Source: Escherichia coli O157:H7 (GTDB lineage: Bacteria > Pseudomonadota > Gammaproteobacteria > Enterobacterales > Enterobacteriaceae). Taken from it: 64,000 nucleotides of DNA. Below are positions 10,135-25,823 of this stretch, in pieces; position 1 is the first letter of the stretch, and every line of letters starts with the position of its first letter. The notes beneath the pieces were generated by a model, which worked only from the letters and a program-made list of their open reading frames with translations, was not told the DNA's origin and made no database searches. Made by a program: the position numbers and the translations under genes. The DNA lies in assembly GCF_013167455.1 (NCBI RefSeq), contig NZ_CP038328.1, one strand, 5' to 3'.

Positions 10135-10686
10135 ATGACTAAGCAGCCCGAAGACTGGCTCGACGACGTTCCCGGTGATGACATCGAAGACGAAGACGAT
10201 GAAATTATCTGGGTCAGTAAAAGTGAAATTAAACGTGATGCCGAGGAGCTAAAACGCCTTGGCGCGGAAATTGTTGATCTGGGGAAAAACGCGCTGGATA
10301 AGATCCCGTTAGATGCGGATCTGCGCGCGGCTATTGAGCTCGCCCAGCGTATTAAGATGGAAGGTCGCCGCCGCCAGTTGCAGCTCATCGGTAAGATGCT
10401 GCGCCAGCGCGATGTAGAACCGATCCGTCAGGCGCTGGATAAGCTGAAAAACCGTCACAACCAGCAGGTGGTGCTGTTCCATAAACTGGAAAACCTGCGC
10501 GATCGTCTGATCGATCAAGGTGATGACGCCATCGCTGAGGTATTAAATCTGTGGCCCGATGCCGATCGTCAGCAACTGCGTACTCTGATCCGCAACGCGA
10601 AGAAAGAGAAAGAAGGGAATAAGCCGCCGAAATCCGCACGCCAGATTTTCCAGTATCTGCGCGAACTGGCGGAGAATGAAGGGTAA
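10135..10686 (+). CDS. yjgA: ribosome-associated protein YjgA (DUF615), 183 aa
   Basis: Full ORF, acidic N-terminus then basic helical protein; divergent from pmbA as in K-12. Confidence 0.9.
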
Positions 10687-10704
10687 TTTTCGTTGTTGAT
10701 GTGA

Positions 10705-10820
10705 GTATGGTTTGCCGGATGCGGTGCACCTGTAGGCCTGATAAGACGCATCAAGCGTCGCATCAGGCACTATGCTCAAATGCCGGATGCGGCGTGAACG
10801 CCTTATCCGGCCTACGCACA
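10705..10820. repeat. REP elements between yjgA and mpl
   Basis: GCCGGATGCGG...CCTTATCCGGCCTAC and GTAGGCCTGATAAGACGC...CGCATCAGGC motifs. Confidence 0.85.
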
Positions 10821-10841
10821 CTATCTCAGGCTGAGGCCGAA

Positions 10842-12215
10842 TTACTGCGCAGCTTCCGCCTTCTTCGCCAGACCATCCAGTAGTTTCTGATGGATCCCAC
10901 CAAAACCGCCGTTGCTCATCACCAGAATATGGTCGCCAGGCTGAGCGGTTTTCACCACCATATCTGCCAGCGTATCCACATCGCCACTCCAGTGTGCAGG
11001 CTGAACGCAGGCTTCTGCCACTTCTGCCACCTGCCACGGAATATGCGCCGGTTGCAGCAGGAAGACTTCATCGGCACGACCTAATGAAGGTGCCAGATCG
11101 TCTTTGCAGATCCCCATTTTCATGGTATTCGAGCGCGGCTCCAGCACAGCAATAATGCGCGCCGTACCACCAACTTTGCCACGCAGCGCCGCCAGCGTTG
11201 CCAGAATCGCCGTCGGATGATGGGCAAAATCGTCATATACCGTGACGCCATTCGCTTCACCACGCAACTCCAGACGGCGGCGAGCGTTAATAAACGAACC
11301 CAGCGCGTTAGCGGCATCTGCCGGCGCTACACCAACATGGCGAGCCGCTGCAATCGCCATCAGGCCATTGTGCATATTATGTTCGCCTACCAGCGACCAT
11401 TTCACTTCGCCCACTTTTTCGCCATCCAGCAAAACTTCCCATTCGGAAGCATCGGTGGTCAGCTTTTTCGCCTGCCAGTGACCCTGCTCACCCACCAGCT
11501 CCTGCTCGCTCCAGCAGCCCATCGCCATGGTCTGTTTCAGGTTGATGTCATTTTCCGGCCAGATAATACGACCCTGCCCCGGAACGATACGCACCAGATG
11601 GTGGAACTGTTTCTGGATCGCTTTCAGGTCGTCAAAGATATCGGCGTGATCGAACTCAAGGTTGTTGAGGATCAGCGTACGCGGGCAGTAATGGACAAAT
11701 TTAGAGCGTTTGTCGAAGAAGGCGCAGTCGTACTCATCCGCTTCGATAACAAAGAAGTCGCTTTCGCCCAGACGCGCCGAAACCTCAAAGTTCCCCGGCA
11801 CACCGCCGATTACAAAGCCCGGTTTGTAACCACACTGTTCCAGAATCCAAGTCGCCATTCCCGCGGTGGTGGTTTTGCCGTGTGTACCGGCAACGGCCAG
11901 CACCCAGCGGTCGCGCAGCACAAAATCGTGCAGCCACTGTGGACCTGACATATAAGGGATGTTTTTTTCCAGTACCGCTTCCACACACGGATTTCCACGG
12001 GTCATGGCGTTGCCAATAATCACCAGATCCGGCTGCGGGTCGAGCTGGCTGGCATCGTAACCCTGAATCAGCTCAATGCCTTGCTTCTCAAGTAAGGTGC
12101 TCATCGGCGGATACACATTGGCGTCCGAACCCGTTACTTCATGGCCTAACTGGCGCGCCAGCATCGCCAGACCGCCCATAAACGTGCCACAAATTCCTAA
12201 AATATGAATGCGCAT
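10842..12215 (-). CDS. mpl: UDP-N-acetylmuramate:L-alanyl-gamma-D-glutamyl-meso-DAP ligase (murein peptide ligase), 457 aa
   Basis: Full ORF; Mur ligase family motifs (GTHGKTTT). Confidence 0.95.
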   Translation of the reverse strand: MRIHILGICGTFMGGLAMLARQLGHEVTGSDANVYPPMSTLLEKQGIELIQGYDASQLDPQPDLVIIGNAMTRGNPCVEAVLEKNIPYMSGPQWLHDFVLRDRWVLAVAGTHGKTTTAGMATWILEQCGYKPGFVIGGVPGNFEVSARLGESDFFVIEADEYDCAFFDKRSKFVHYCPRTLILNNLEFDHADIFDDLKAIQKQFHHLVRIVPGQGRIIWPENDINLKQTMAMGCWSEQELVGEQGHWQAKKLTTDASEWEVLLDGEKVGEVKWSLVGEHNMHNGLMAIAAARHVGVAPADAANALGSFINARRRLELRGEANGVTVYDDFAHHPTAILATLAALRGKVGGTARIIAVLEPRSNTMKMGICKDDLAPSLGRADEVFLLQPAHIPWQVAEVAEACVQPAHWSGDVDTLADMVVKTAQPGDHILVMSNGGFGGIHQKLLDGLAKKAEAAQ

Positions 12216-12390
12216 GCGTCACTATCCTTTTTTAATCTGCCGCTCATTTTACGCATATGTCGGGCAAGTGAGAAACGCATTTCAGGATAATCCGTAATTT
12301 GCTGGCGCGATTCACCTGAGCGCAACATTGAGATTATTTGTTAAGATTGTTGCGGTCGCTTTACTCCATAAACATTGCAGGGAAAGTTTT

Positions 12391-13389
12391 ATGAAAACGT
12401 TAGGTGAATTTATTGTCGAAAAGCAGCACGAGTTTTCTCATGCTACCGGTGAGCTCACTGCTTTGCTGTCGGCAATAAAACTGGGCGCCAAGATTATCCA
12501 TCGCGATATCAACAAAGCAGGACTGGTTGATATCCTGGGTGCCAGCGGTGCTGAGAACGTGCAGGGCGAGGTTCAGCAAAAACTCGACTTGTTCGCTAAT
12601 GAAAAACTGAAAGCCGCACTGAAAGCACGCGATATCGTTGCAGGCATTGCCTCTGAAGAAGAAGATGAGATTGTTGTCTTTGAAGGCTGTGAACATGCAA
12701 AATACGTGGTGCTGATGGACCCACTGGATGGCTCGTCCAACATCGATGTTAACGTCTCTGTCGGTACCATTTTCTCCATCTACCGCCGAGTTACGCCCGT
12801 CGGCACGCCGGTAACGGAAGAAGATTTCCTCCAGCCTGGTAACAAACAGGTTGCGGCAGGTTACGTGGTATACGGCTCCTCTACCATGCTGGTTTACAGT
12901 ACCGGATGCGGTGTTCACGCTTTTACTTACGATCCTTCGCTCGGCGTTTTCTGCCTGTGCCAGGAACGGATGCGCTTCCCGGAGAAAGGCAAAACCTACT
13001 CCATCAACGAAGGAAACTACATTAAGTTTCCGAACGGGGTGAAGAAGTACATTAAATTCTGCCAGGAAGAAGATAAATCCACCAACCGCCCGTATACCTC
13101 ACGTTATATCGGCTCACTGGTTGCGGATTTCCACCGTAACCTACTGAAAGGCGGTATTTATCTCTACCCAAGCACCGCCAGCCACCCGGACGGCAAACTG
13201 CGTTTGCTGTATGAGTGCAACCCGATGGCATTCCTGGCGGAACAAGCGGGCGGTAAAGCGAGCGATGGCAAAGAGCGTATTCTGGATATTATCCCGGAAA
13301 CCCTGCACCAGCGCCGTTCATTCTTTGTCGGCAACGACCATATGGTTGAAGATGTCGAACGCTTTATCTGTGAGTTCCCGGACGCGTAA
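12391..13389 (+). CDS. fbp: fructose-1,6-bisphosphatase class I, 332 aa
   Basis: ORF-track 12328..13389 trimmed to the ATG giving [32 protein letters not shown]. Confidence 0.95.
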   Translation: MKTLGEFIVEKQHEFSHATGELTALLSAIKLGAKIIHRDINKAGLVDILGASGAENVQGEVQQKLDLFANEKLKAALKARDIVAGIASEEEDEIVVFEGCEHAKYVVLMDPLDGSSNIDVNVSVGTIFSIYRRVTPVGTPVTEEDFLQPGNKQVAAGYVVYGSSTMLVYSTGCGVHAFTYDPSLGVFCLCQERMRFPEKGKTYSINEGNYIKFPNGVKKYIKFCQEEDKSTNRPYTSRYIGSLVADFHRNLLKGGIYLYPSTASHPDGKLRLLYECNPMAFLAEQAGGKASDGKERILDIIPETLHQRRSFFVGNDHMVEDVERFICEFPDA

Positions 13390-13395
13390 TCTCCT

Positions 13396-13426
13396 GCGCC
13401 TCTCCACACGGAGAGGCGATTTTATT
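13396..13426 (+). terminator. rho-independent terminator after fbp
   Basis: GCGCCTCTCC-ACAC-GGAGAGGCG hairpin followed by ATTTTATT. Confidence 0.6.
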
Positions 13427-14417
13427 GCTGCGCAATGTTGACTCTTGTCACAGGCGAACTCTGACGATTCTCCCACAGCACCGTTAATCCACGCTGTAAT
13501 GCTATAAAAATAAACAACAAAATACCGATGGCGATTTTCGTCCACCATGAGCTCAGCGTACCATCAAAGTTTATGTAAGTCTGAATCAGTCCCTGAATCG
13601 CCACGCCAAAAAGCGTCCCTAATACCGTTCCAACGCCACCGCTCAAAAGCGTACCGCCAATCACCACTGAGGCGATAGCGTCCAGTTCCACACCTACGCC
13701 CGCCAGCGCGTATCCGGCCTGGGTATAAATCGAGAAGACAATCCCCGCCAGTGTCGCCAGTCCGGTAGAGAGCATATAAATGCGAATAGTTGTGCTGCGA
13801 GTGGAAATCCCCATCAGGTTTGCCGACGTCGCATTGCCGCCAATGGCGTACACCTGATTACCAAAGCGGGTACGATGCGCGAGGAATATGCCGATAACCA
13901 CCACCGCCAGCATCAGCAGCCCCATCGCACTTAAGCGACCGCCGCCAGGAATTTTCCATGCAAGGCTTGAGAGCGTGTCATAAACAGGATGGTTTATCGG
14001 GATCGACTCTTCCGAAACGAGGTAGCTGACGCCGCGCAAAAAGAACATTCCTGCCAAAGTAATGATAAATGCCGGGATCTTCAGGGCGTCGATCAAAAGC
14101 CCCATAAATGCGCCAAAGGCACAGCCCATTACCAGCACCAGCGGAAATGCCAGCAACGGCGAGAGGCCGAAATCGCCAATCACTTTTGCCAGAAACACGC
14201 CGGTAAAGGCGATCACCGAACCAACGGAGAGATCGATCCCACCGGAGAGGATCACAAAGGTCATGCCAACGGCGATTATCCCAAGAAAGGCATTATCGGT
14301 CAGGATATTGCAGATCACTCTTGTGGAAGCAAAACCGGGAAACTGGGTCAGGCAGTAGAGATAACCCAGCACAAAGACGCCGATGGTGATCATCAGTGGC
14401 AAATTACGTTTTATCAC
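13422..14417 (-). CDS. yjfF: ABC transporter permease (galactofuranose transporter), 331 aa
   Basis: Full ORF, polytopic membrane protein; last gene of ytfQRT-yjfF cluster. Confidence 0.9.
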   Translation of the reverse strand: MIKRNLPLMITIGVFVLGYLYCLTQFPGFASTRVICNILTDNAFLGIIAVGMTFVILSGGIDLSVGSVIAFTGVFLAKVIGDFGLSPLLAFPLVLVMGCAFGAFMGLLIDALKIPAFIITLAGMFFLRGVSYLVSEESIPINHPVYDTLSSLAWKIPGGGRLSAMGLLMLAVVVIGIFLAHRTRFGNQVYAIGGNATSANLMGISTRSTTIRIYMLSTGLATLAGIVFSIYTQAGYALAGVGVELDAIASVVIGGTLLSGGVGTVLGTLFGVAIQGLIQTYINFDGTLSSWWTKIAIGILLFIFIALQRGLTVLWENRQSSPVTRVNIAQQ

Positions 14418-15429
14418 GGCTACGCACTCCTTTAATCAGACTGATAAAGCGTTGCGACTGGACAATCAGCACGCAAAGCACCACCACCGCTTTCACCACC
14501 TGGTTCATCTCTGGCGGAAAGCCCGAAAGCAAAATTCCGGTGTTCATCCCCTGAATAATCAGCGCCCCCACCACCGAAAGCAGTAGGTTAAAACGTCCGC
14601 CCATCAGCGAACCACCGCCAATCACCACCGCGAGAATGGCGTCCAGCTCCAGCCATAATCCGGCGTTGTTGGCATCGGCACCGCGAATATCCGCCGCCAC
14701 GATAATGCCCGCAATCGCCGCACACAGCCCGCTCAACACGTAGGTAAGCATGACGATGATCCGCGTGTTTACCCCGGCATTTTTTGCCGCCCGAATGTTG
14801 ATACCAACGGCTTCGATAAACATCCCCAGCGCCGTTTTGCGGGTCAACAGCCAGAACAGGATAAGCGTCAGCACCGCGATAATGACCGGCGTTGGCAGGA
14901 ACAACAGCGATCCACTGCCGAACCATGAGAGATCCGGCGAGTTAAACGTGATGATCTGTCCGGAGGTGATCAGTTGCGCCACGCCGCGCCCGGCGACCAT
15001 CAGGATCAGAGTGGCGACAAACGGCTGAATTTTGAGGATCGCTACCAGTATGCCGTTCCACAATCCCGCCAGGATGCCGGTGCCCAGGGCGCTTAACAAA
15101 ACAATCGGCAGGCTGAATCCCGCGACCGTCATCGCAGCCGTTGTGGCTCCGGCGATAGCCATCACCGCCCCTACGGAGAGATCAATCCCACCTGTTGCGA
15201 TCACCAGCGTCATACCAATCGCCAGTAGCGCAACGGGGGCGGCGCGATTAAGAATGTCGATAGGGCTACCGAACAAACGCCCATCCTGAAGCACCACCTG
15301 CCAGAAATGCGGGGCCACCAGGCTATCGACCAGCAGCACCAGCAACAGTGCCGCCAGCTGCGGCATTCCCGTTGGCCAGCGAAAGCGCCTTTTTGGCGGC
15401 GTAGTGTCCGGGAGAGATTGAGGCATCAC
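14404..15429 (-). CDS. ytfT: ABC transporter permease (galactofuranose transporter), ~341 aa
   Basis: ORF-track 14404..15456; start set to the GTG preceded by GGAGAA (MMPQSLPDTT...); the ATG one codon downstream is an alternative. Confidence 0.88.
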   Translation of the reverse strand: MMPQSLPDTTPPKRRFRWPTGMPQLAALLLVLLVDSLVAPHFWQVVLQDGRLFGSPIDILNRAAPVALLAIGMTLVIATGGIDLSVGAVMAIAGATTAAMTVAGFSLPIVLLSALGTGILAGLWNGILVAILKIQPFVATLILMVAGRGVAQLITSGQIITFNSPDLSWFGSGSLLFLPTPVIIAVLTLILFWLLTRKTALGMFIEAVGINIRAAKNAGVNTRIIVMLTYVLSGLCAAIAGIIVAADIRGADANNAGLWLELDAILAVVIGGGSLMGGRFNLLLSVVGALIIQGMNTGILLSGFPPEMNQVVKAVVVLCVLIVQSQRFISLIKGVRSRDKT

Positions 15430-15439
15430 ACTGTTCTCC

Positions 15440-16942
15440 TTACGCCGCAATGGCATTCATGATCGCCGGAACGGAAAGCTCTGCCAGCGGGATCTCCGCC
15501 ACCTGTTTGCGATCGCGCATGATGATCACCCGGTCGGCATAGCCCACCAGTTCTTCCAGTTCGGAGGAGATCACCAGCAGCGCCAGACCATCGGCGCATA
15601 GCGTTTCAATCAGGCGGATGATCTCGGCGTGGGCACCAACATCAATGCCGCGGGTTGGCTCATCGAGGATCAGAAATTGCGGTCGGGTCAGTAGCCAACG
15701 TGAAAGCAACACTTTTTGCTGATTGCCGCCGGAGAGAAATTCAATCGGTTGTTCAGTTGAAGGTGTGCGAATGCCAAGCTGGCGGATAAAGCGTTCGGCA
15801 ATCTCTTGCTGTTCTTTGCGGGAAATGGGACGTAGCCAGCCGCGCCGGGCCTGGAGAGCGAGGATGATATTTTCCCGCACCGAGGCGGCAGCGATGATGC
15901 CATCGGTTTTCCTGTCTTCCGGGCAGAAGCCAATGCCAAGTACCGAAGCCTGATGTGGCGATCGCAGGTTTTGCGGTTTGCCTTTGATCAACGCCGTGCC
16001 GCTGTCAGCAGGTTTGATACCGAAGATCACTTCGGCGGTTTCGGTACGTCCTGATCCCAGCAATCCAGCCAGACCGACGATCTCGCCGGGGCGTACTTCG
16101 AGATCAAACGGTGCGATCGTTCCTTTTTTGCCGTAATTTTTGAACGCGGCAACGGGTTTGTCGCTCAACAATGTTCGCCCGGCACGCTGTAGCGCGTGGG
16201 TATCCAGCTCGCGCCCCAGCATCATTTTTACCAGTTCGATCTGCGGTAGCTCGCACGTTTCCCGACAGCCTACGAAACTGCCGTTGCGTAAGACGGTGAT
16301 CCGATCGCTGACCTGATAGACCTGATCGAGAAAGTGAGTGACAAAGATCAGGCTGACGCCGCGATCGCGCAACTGACGCATCAGGTCAAACAGTAACTCC
16401 ACTTCCTGGGTGTCGAGACTGGCGGTGGGTTCATCGAGGATCAGCACTTTGGCAGAGAGATCGATAGCCCGGCAAATAGCGACGATTTGCTGCATCGCGA
16501 CTGAAAAGCGGTTGAGCGGTTCGCGCACGTCGAGGGAGAAACCGTAAGATGCCATCAGTTCGGTGGCGCGCTTTTCCATCTCTTTGCGGCGTAGAAGGCC
16601 GAAGCGTTTGGGTTCGCGGCCTATAAATAGATTATCAGCGACCGACATATTGGGTAGCAGGTTGACTTCCTGATAGACGGTGCCAATGCCGAGTTGTTGC
16701 GCGTGGGCGGTATTTTTCGGTGAGATAGCCTGGCCTTCCAGCCAGATGGTGCCGCGATCAGCGTGGTATACACCAGTTAATGCTTTGATTAGCGTTGATT
16801 TTCCCGCCCCGTTTTCACCGAGCAGCGCCATGATTTCGCCACGGCGCAGGCTGAAATCAACGTTGTCTAACGCTTTGACGCCGGGGAAAAATTTACTTAA
16901 TCCTTCGGTGCGGAGGATCTCCTGGTGTTGGTCGGTCGTCAT
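15440..16942 (-). CDS. ytfR: ABC transporter ATP-binding protein with duplicated ATPase domains, 500 aa
   Basis: Full ORF; two Walker A motifs (GENGAGKST and GLLGSGRTE) and ABC signature motifs. Confidence 0.95.
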   Translation of the reverse strand: MTTDQHQEILRTEGLSKFFPGVKALDNVDFSLRRGEIMALLGENGAGKSTLIKALTGVYHADRGTIWLEGQAISPKNTAHAQQLGIGTVYQEVNLLPNMSVADNLFIGREPKRFGLLRRKEMEKRATELMASYGFSLDVREPLNRFSVAMQQIVAICRAIDLSAKVLILDEPTASLDTQEVELLFDLMRQLRDRGVSLIFVTHFLDQVYQVSDRITVLRNGSFVGCRETCELPQIELVKMMLGRELDTHALQRAGRTLLSDKPVAAFKNYGKKGTIAPFDLEVRPGEIVGLAGLLGSGRTETAEVIFGIKPADSGTALIKGKPQNLRSPHQASVLGIGFCPEDRKTDGIIAAASVRENIILALQARRGWLRPISRKEQQEIAERFIRQLGIRTPSTEQPIEFLSGGNQQKVLLSRWLLTRPQFLILDEPTRGIDVGAHAEIIRLIETLCADGLALLVISSELEELVGYADRVIIMRDRKQVAEIPLAELSVPAIMNAIAA

Positions 16943-16959
16943 GGTTTCCCCCGGTGTAA

Positions 16960-17075
16960 AGCGTGCTCCCAGTAGGCATGATAAGACGCGGTAAGCGTCG
17001 CATCAGGCTTCAGTGCACCATCGCCGGATGCGGCGCGAGCGCCTTATCCGGCCTACGAATCGGCATCAGGCATAG
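16960..17075. repeat. intercistronic REP elements between ytfQ and ytfR
   Basis: GTAGGCATGATAAGACGCG...CGCATCAGGC and GCCGGATGCGGCGCGAGCGCCTTATCCGGCCTAC motifs. Confidence 0.85.
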
Positions 17076-17081
17076 CAACCC

Positions 17082-18038
17082 TCAATACCCCATATTTTTC
17101 TTCTTCTCTAACTCTTCTTTTGCGGTATCAGGCAGGTAAAGGGTGGATTTGGTTAACGTCAGCTTTTCAGGCATGGTGCCGTCTTTTTTGTATTTCTCCA
17201 GCGCATCGAAAGCGGGTCCCGCCATGTTCGGCGTCAGTTCAACACTGGCGTTCGCTTCGCCATCCATCATCGCTTTGTAGATGTCCGGTACACCGTCAAT
17301 GGAACCCGTGAGGATATCTTTGCCCGGTTTCAGGCCCGCTTCTTTAATTGCCTGAATTGCACCAATCACCATGTCGTCGTTATGGGCGTAAACCATGCAG
17401 ATGTTTTTGCCGTTGTTTTCCGCTTTGATAAAGCTCTCCATGACTTCTTTGCCTTTACTGCGGGTGAAGTCACCTGACTGCGAGCGGATGATTTTGATAT
17501 TTGGCGCATTCTTAATGGCTTCGGCAAAGCCTTTCTTACGGTCAATGGCGACGCTGGCCCCAACGGTGCCCTGCAGCTCCACCACGTTGCATGGTTTGCC
17601 ATTCACTTCTTTTACCAGCCAGTCACCGATCAACTTACCTTCGAGGATGTTGTCGGCAGTAACGGTGGTCATATAGAGAGATTTGTCTTTCACATCGATG
17701 GAACGGTCGAGCAAGAAGACCGGGATTTCGGCATCTTTCGCCTCTTTTAATACCGGTTCCCAACCTGTCGCGACCACCGGAGCGATAAAGATCGCATCCA
17801 CCCCTTGTGCAACGAAGGAACGTACCGCTTTAATCTGGTTTTCCTGCTTTTGCTGACCATCGGCAATTTTCAGCGTAATTCCGCGTTTTTCGGCCTCACT
17901 TTTCGCCACATTGGTTTCTGCGGCGCGCCAGCCGGATTCCGATCCGACCTGCGAAAATCCTACGGTTAATGGAGCGGCCAACGCCATAGACGACATGGCT
18001 GCCGAGACTGCAGAGACTACAAGTAAGCGTTTCCACAT
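17082..18038 (-). CDS. ytfQ: periplasmic sugar-binding protein (galactofuranose-binding), 318 aa
   Basis: Full ORF with signal peptide (MWKRLLVVSAVSAAMSSMALA); periplasmic binding protein fold. Confidence 0.95.
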   Translation of the reverse strand: MWKRLLVVSAVSAAMSSMALAAPLTVGFSQVGSESGWRAAETNVAKSEAEKRGITLKIADGQQKQENQIKAVRSFVAQGVDAIFIAPVVATGWEPVLKEAKDAEIPVFLLDRSIDVKDKSLYMTTVTADNILEGKLIGDWLVKEVNGKPCNVVELQGTVGASVAIDRKKGFAEAIKNAPNIKIIRSQSGDFTRSKGKEVMESFIKAENNGKNICMVYAHNDDMVIGAIQAIKEAGLKPGKDILTGSIDGVPDIYKAMMDGEANASVELTPNMAGPAFDALEKYKKDGTMPEKLTLTKSTLYLPDTAKEELEKKKNMGY

Positions 18039-18108
18039 AGGGTTGTCCTCGTCGGAGTAATTATTATTGGTGAAAAGATGTTCGCGAAAAAACTATAGAC
18101 AATTCGTT

Positions 18109-18129
18109 ATGTAACGGATTGCGTTACAT
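18109..18129. promoter_or_regulatory. inverted repeat ATGTAACG-N5-CGTTACAT upstream of ytfQ (candidate operator)
   Basis: 8-bp perfect arms ~70-90 bp upstream of ytfQ start in the ytfQ-ppa divergent intergenic region. Confidence 0.35.
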
Positions 18130-18347
18130 CACACTTCAAAAAAGTAAATAAAACGTTAATCACAAGTTTGTAATCGCTTTCATCTCACTATGAAAAATGC
18201 GGCTACGGTTATGGATTTTCCTGCTCTGCATACCGTCTTAAAACTGGCGAAAAAGGAAAATGAAGACGAAAACAAGCGAAGACATTCGGCGCGAGTTGGC
18301 TATAATACTCGGCACTTGTTTGCCACATATTTTTAAAGGAAACAGAC

Positions 18348-18878
18348 ATGAGCTTACTCAACGTCCCTGCGGGTAAAGATCTGCCGGAAGACATCTACGT
18401 TGTTATTGAGATCCCGGCTAACGCAGATCCGATCAAATACGAAATCGACAAAGAGAGCGGCGCACTGTTCGTTGACCGCTTCATGTCCACCGCGATGTTC
18501 TATCCGTGCAACTACGGTTACATCAACCACACCCTGTCTCTGGACGGTGACCCAGTTGACGTACTGGTCCCAACTCCGTACCCGCTGCAGCCGGGTTCTG
18601 TGATCCGTTGCCGTCCGGTTGGCGTTCTGAAAATGACCGACGAAGCCGGTGAAGATGCGAAACTGGTTGCGGTTCCGCACAGCAAGCTGAGCAAAGAATA
18701 CGATCACATTAAAGACGTTAACGATCTGCCTGAACTGCTGAAAGCGCAAATCGCTCACTTCTTCGAGCACTACAAAGACCTCGAAAAAGGCAAGTGGGTG
18801 AAAGTTGAAGGTTGGGAAAACGCAGAAGCCGCTAAAGCTGAAATCGTTGCCTCCTTCGAGCGCGCAAAGAATAAATAA
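18348..18878 (+). CDS. ppa: inorganic pyrophosphatase, 176 aa
   Basis: Full [38 protein letters not shown]...; TATAAT -10 element at ~18301. Confidence 0.97.
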   Translation: MSLLNVPAGKDLPEDIYVVIEIPANADPIKYEIDKESGALFVDRFMSTAMFYPCNYGYINHTLSLDGDPVDVLVPTPYPLQPGSVIRCRPVGVLKMTDEAGEDAKLVAVPHSKLSKEYDHIKDVNDLPELLKAQIAHFFEHYKDLEKGKWVKVEGWENAEAAKAEIVASFERAKNK

Positions 18879-18957
18879 GTTCTTCTGGCGTAATAACCCT
18901 GAACGCCGGGCTTCGGTTAGTAAGGGTTTTTTTATGCCCGCGATAAATAAACACACC

Positions 18958-19308
18958 TTATTCCACCACCGCCTGCAAGCGTAATAACGCCTCTTCCACC
19001 ACCTCATCCGCAGCCAGACCAATACGCTTTGCCAGCCGGGCGCGTAGATCCATCATCCGCACCTGATTAACCAGCACCACGCCGTGCACATCGCCTTCTT
19101 CGCAATGTAAAGGAACGCTAAATCCGGCATAACGGGCAAAATTTCCACCCTGCGTAATGGGGGCCACCAGCGTCATTCCCAGTTGATTAAAGGCTTGAAC
19201 GGAGAGCACAAGCGCAGGTCGACCAGCACCTTGCTGTTCATGGCCGCTTGCTGGATCAAAGCCAACCAGCACAATGTCTCCCCGTTCAAATTCACTTTTC
19301 TTTACCAT
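18958..19308 (-). CDS. chpB: type II toxin ChpB (MazF/PemK-family endoribonuclease), 116 aa
   Basis: Full ORF; PemK/MazF-like sequence; overlaps upstream antitoxin gene by a few nt. Confidence 0.9.
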   Translation of the reverse strand: MVKKSEFERGDIVLVGFDPASGHEQQGAGRPALVLSVQAFNQLGMTLVAPITQGGNFARYAGFSVPLHCEEGDVHGVVLVNQVRMMDLRARLAKRIGLAADEVVEEALLRLQAVVE

Positions 19309-19553
19309 ATTTCGTCACCCGCAGGGGTGGATTTACCCCAGACATCCTGCTCGCTAAGTTCCGCGGCGTTCATGTCACACTGTGCCAGCAGTTCATCAAG
19401 CGAGTAGCGCCTGGAGATGGGTGTCAGAATCAGTTGGTTGTTGCTCACCTGCACTTCCACGCTCTGCCCCGGCTGTAAGTTAAGTTCTTTCATTACGATA
19501 TTGGGAATGACCATACCTGCACTGTTCCCCCATCTTTTTATGGTAATACGCAT
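19302..19553 (-). CDS. chpS: antitoxin ChpS (MazE/AbrB-like), 83 aa
   Basis: ORF-track 19302..19559 trimmed to the ATG giving MRITIKRWGNSAGMVIPN; strong RBS AAGGAGG upstream. Confidence 0.9.
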   Translation of the reverse strand: MRITIKRWGNSAGMVIPNIVMKELNLQPGQSVEVQVSNNQLILTPISRRYSLDELLAQCDMNAAELSEQDVWGKSTPAGDEIW

Positions 19554-19566
19554 CTGCACCTCCTTA

Positions 19567-19585
19567 AGTTATACAAAGTATAACT
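19567..19585. promoter_or_regulatory. palindrome AGTTATAC-AAA-GTATAACT immediately upstream of chpS RBS (candidate chpSB operator / -10)
   Basis: Perfect 8-bp arms with 3-bp spacer; contains TATACT -10-like hexamer on the reverse strand. Confidence 0.4.
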
Positions 19586-19721
19586 CACGGTGCTACAGGA
19601 AACGTTTTACCCCTGCGCATTTGTGAATGCCAGCAGAGTTTTTTATGCGTTAATAGATATGGAAAGCGGCTCGGAGAGAAAAGCAAAAGGTGAGGGAATT
19701 ACAAAACAGAATGCGAGTCGT

Positions 19722-19757
19722 CTCGCAAAAAACAACGCCACCCGAAGGTGGCGTATG
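19722..19757 (-). terminator. rho-independent terminator after ytfP
   Basis: Reverse strand hairpin ACGCCACC-TTCG-GGTGGCGT followed by TTGTTTTTTG. Confidence 0.6.
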
Positions 19758-19764
19758 CATAGGG

Positions 19765-20106
19765 TTACTTATCCCTGTCTAACCAGTCGCCGCTTTCAAT
19801 TAGCTTTAATCCATCGACGGGTCGTTGATAAACGTACATCCATGCACTCCCGTACGGCGTCTGAATCAACTGGCGCGCGTATTCACCGCCCCTGGTGCGC
19901 AAGGCATCAAGTTCGGCCAGCGTGGCGTTGTCAATACGATAAACTTCACCGTGTACCGTTCCGTTCCCCGGAACTGCGCCTGGATAGTGGCCCAGGCTAT
20001 ACAACTGGTAGTTATCGATACTGAAATCGCCCAGTAACTGGGCATTGGTCATCCAGTGACTGTTGCCTTGTTTGTGGCGTAAACTGCCGTAGACAAATAT
20101 TCGCAT
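19765..20106 (-). CDS. ytfP: gamma-glutamylcyclotransferase-family protein, 113 aa
   Basis: Full ORF MRIFVYGSLRHKQGNSH... (AIG2/GGCT-like YGSL motif); 3 nt downstream of tamB stop. Confidence 0.9.
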   Translation of the reverse strand: MRIFVYGSLRHKQGNSHWMTNAQLLGDFSIDNYQLYSLGHYPGAVPGNGTVHGEVYRIDNATLAELDALRTRGGEYARQLIQTPYGSAWMYVYQRPVDGLKLIESGDWLDRDK

Positions 20107-20108
20107 TG

Positions 20109-25660
<5,552 letters not shown>

Positions 25661-25823
25661 TTAAACGGCTTAACAAAAATCCAGTAATATGGATTAAAAA
25701 GCAGACTAAACCCCAAATATTTCTTATGTTTTACTTTAGACCTATTCACGGTGGTTATTGTGTGCAAATACGCCTCTTGTTACAACCTTAACCCCAATGA
25801 CCGATTTTCGGGAGAGCGACACC

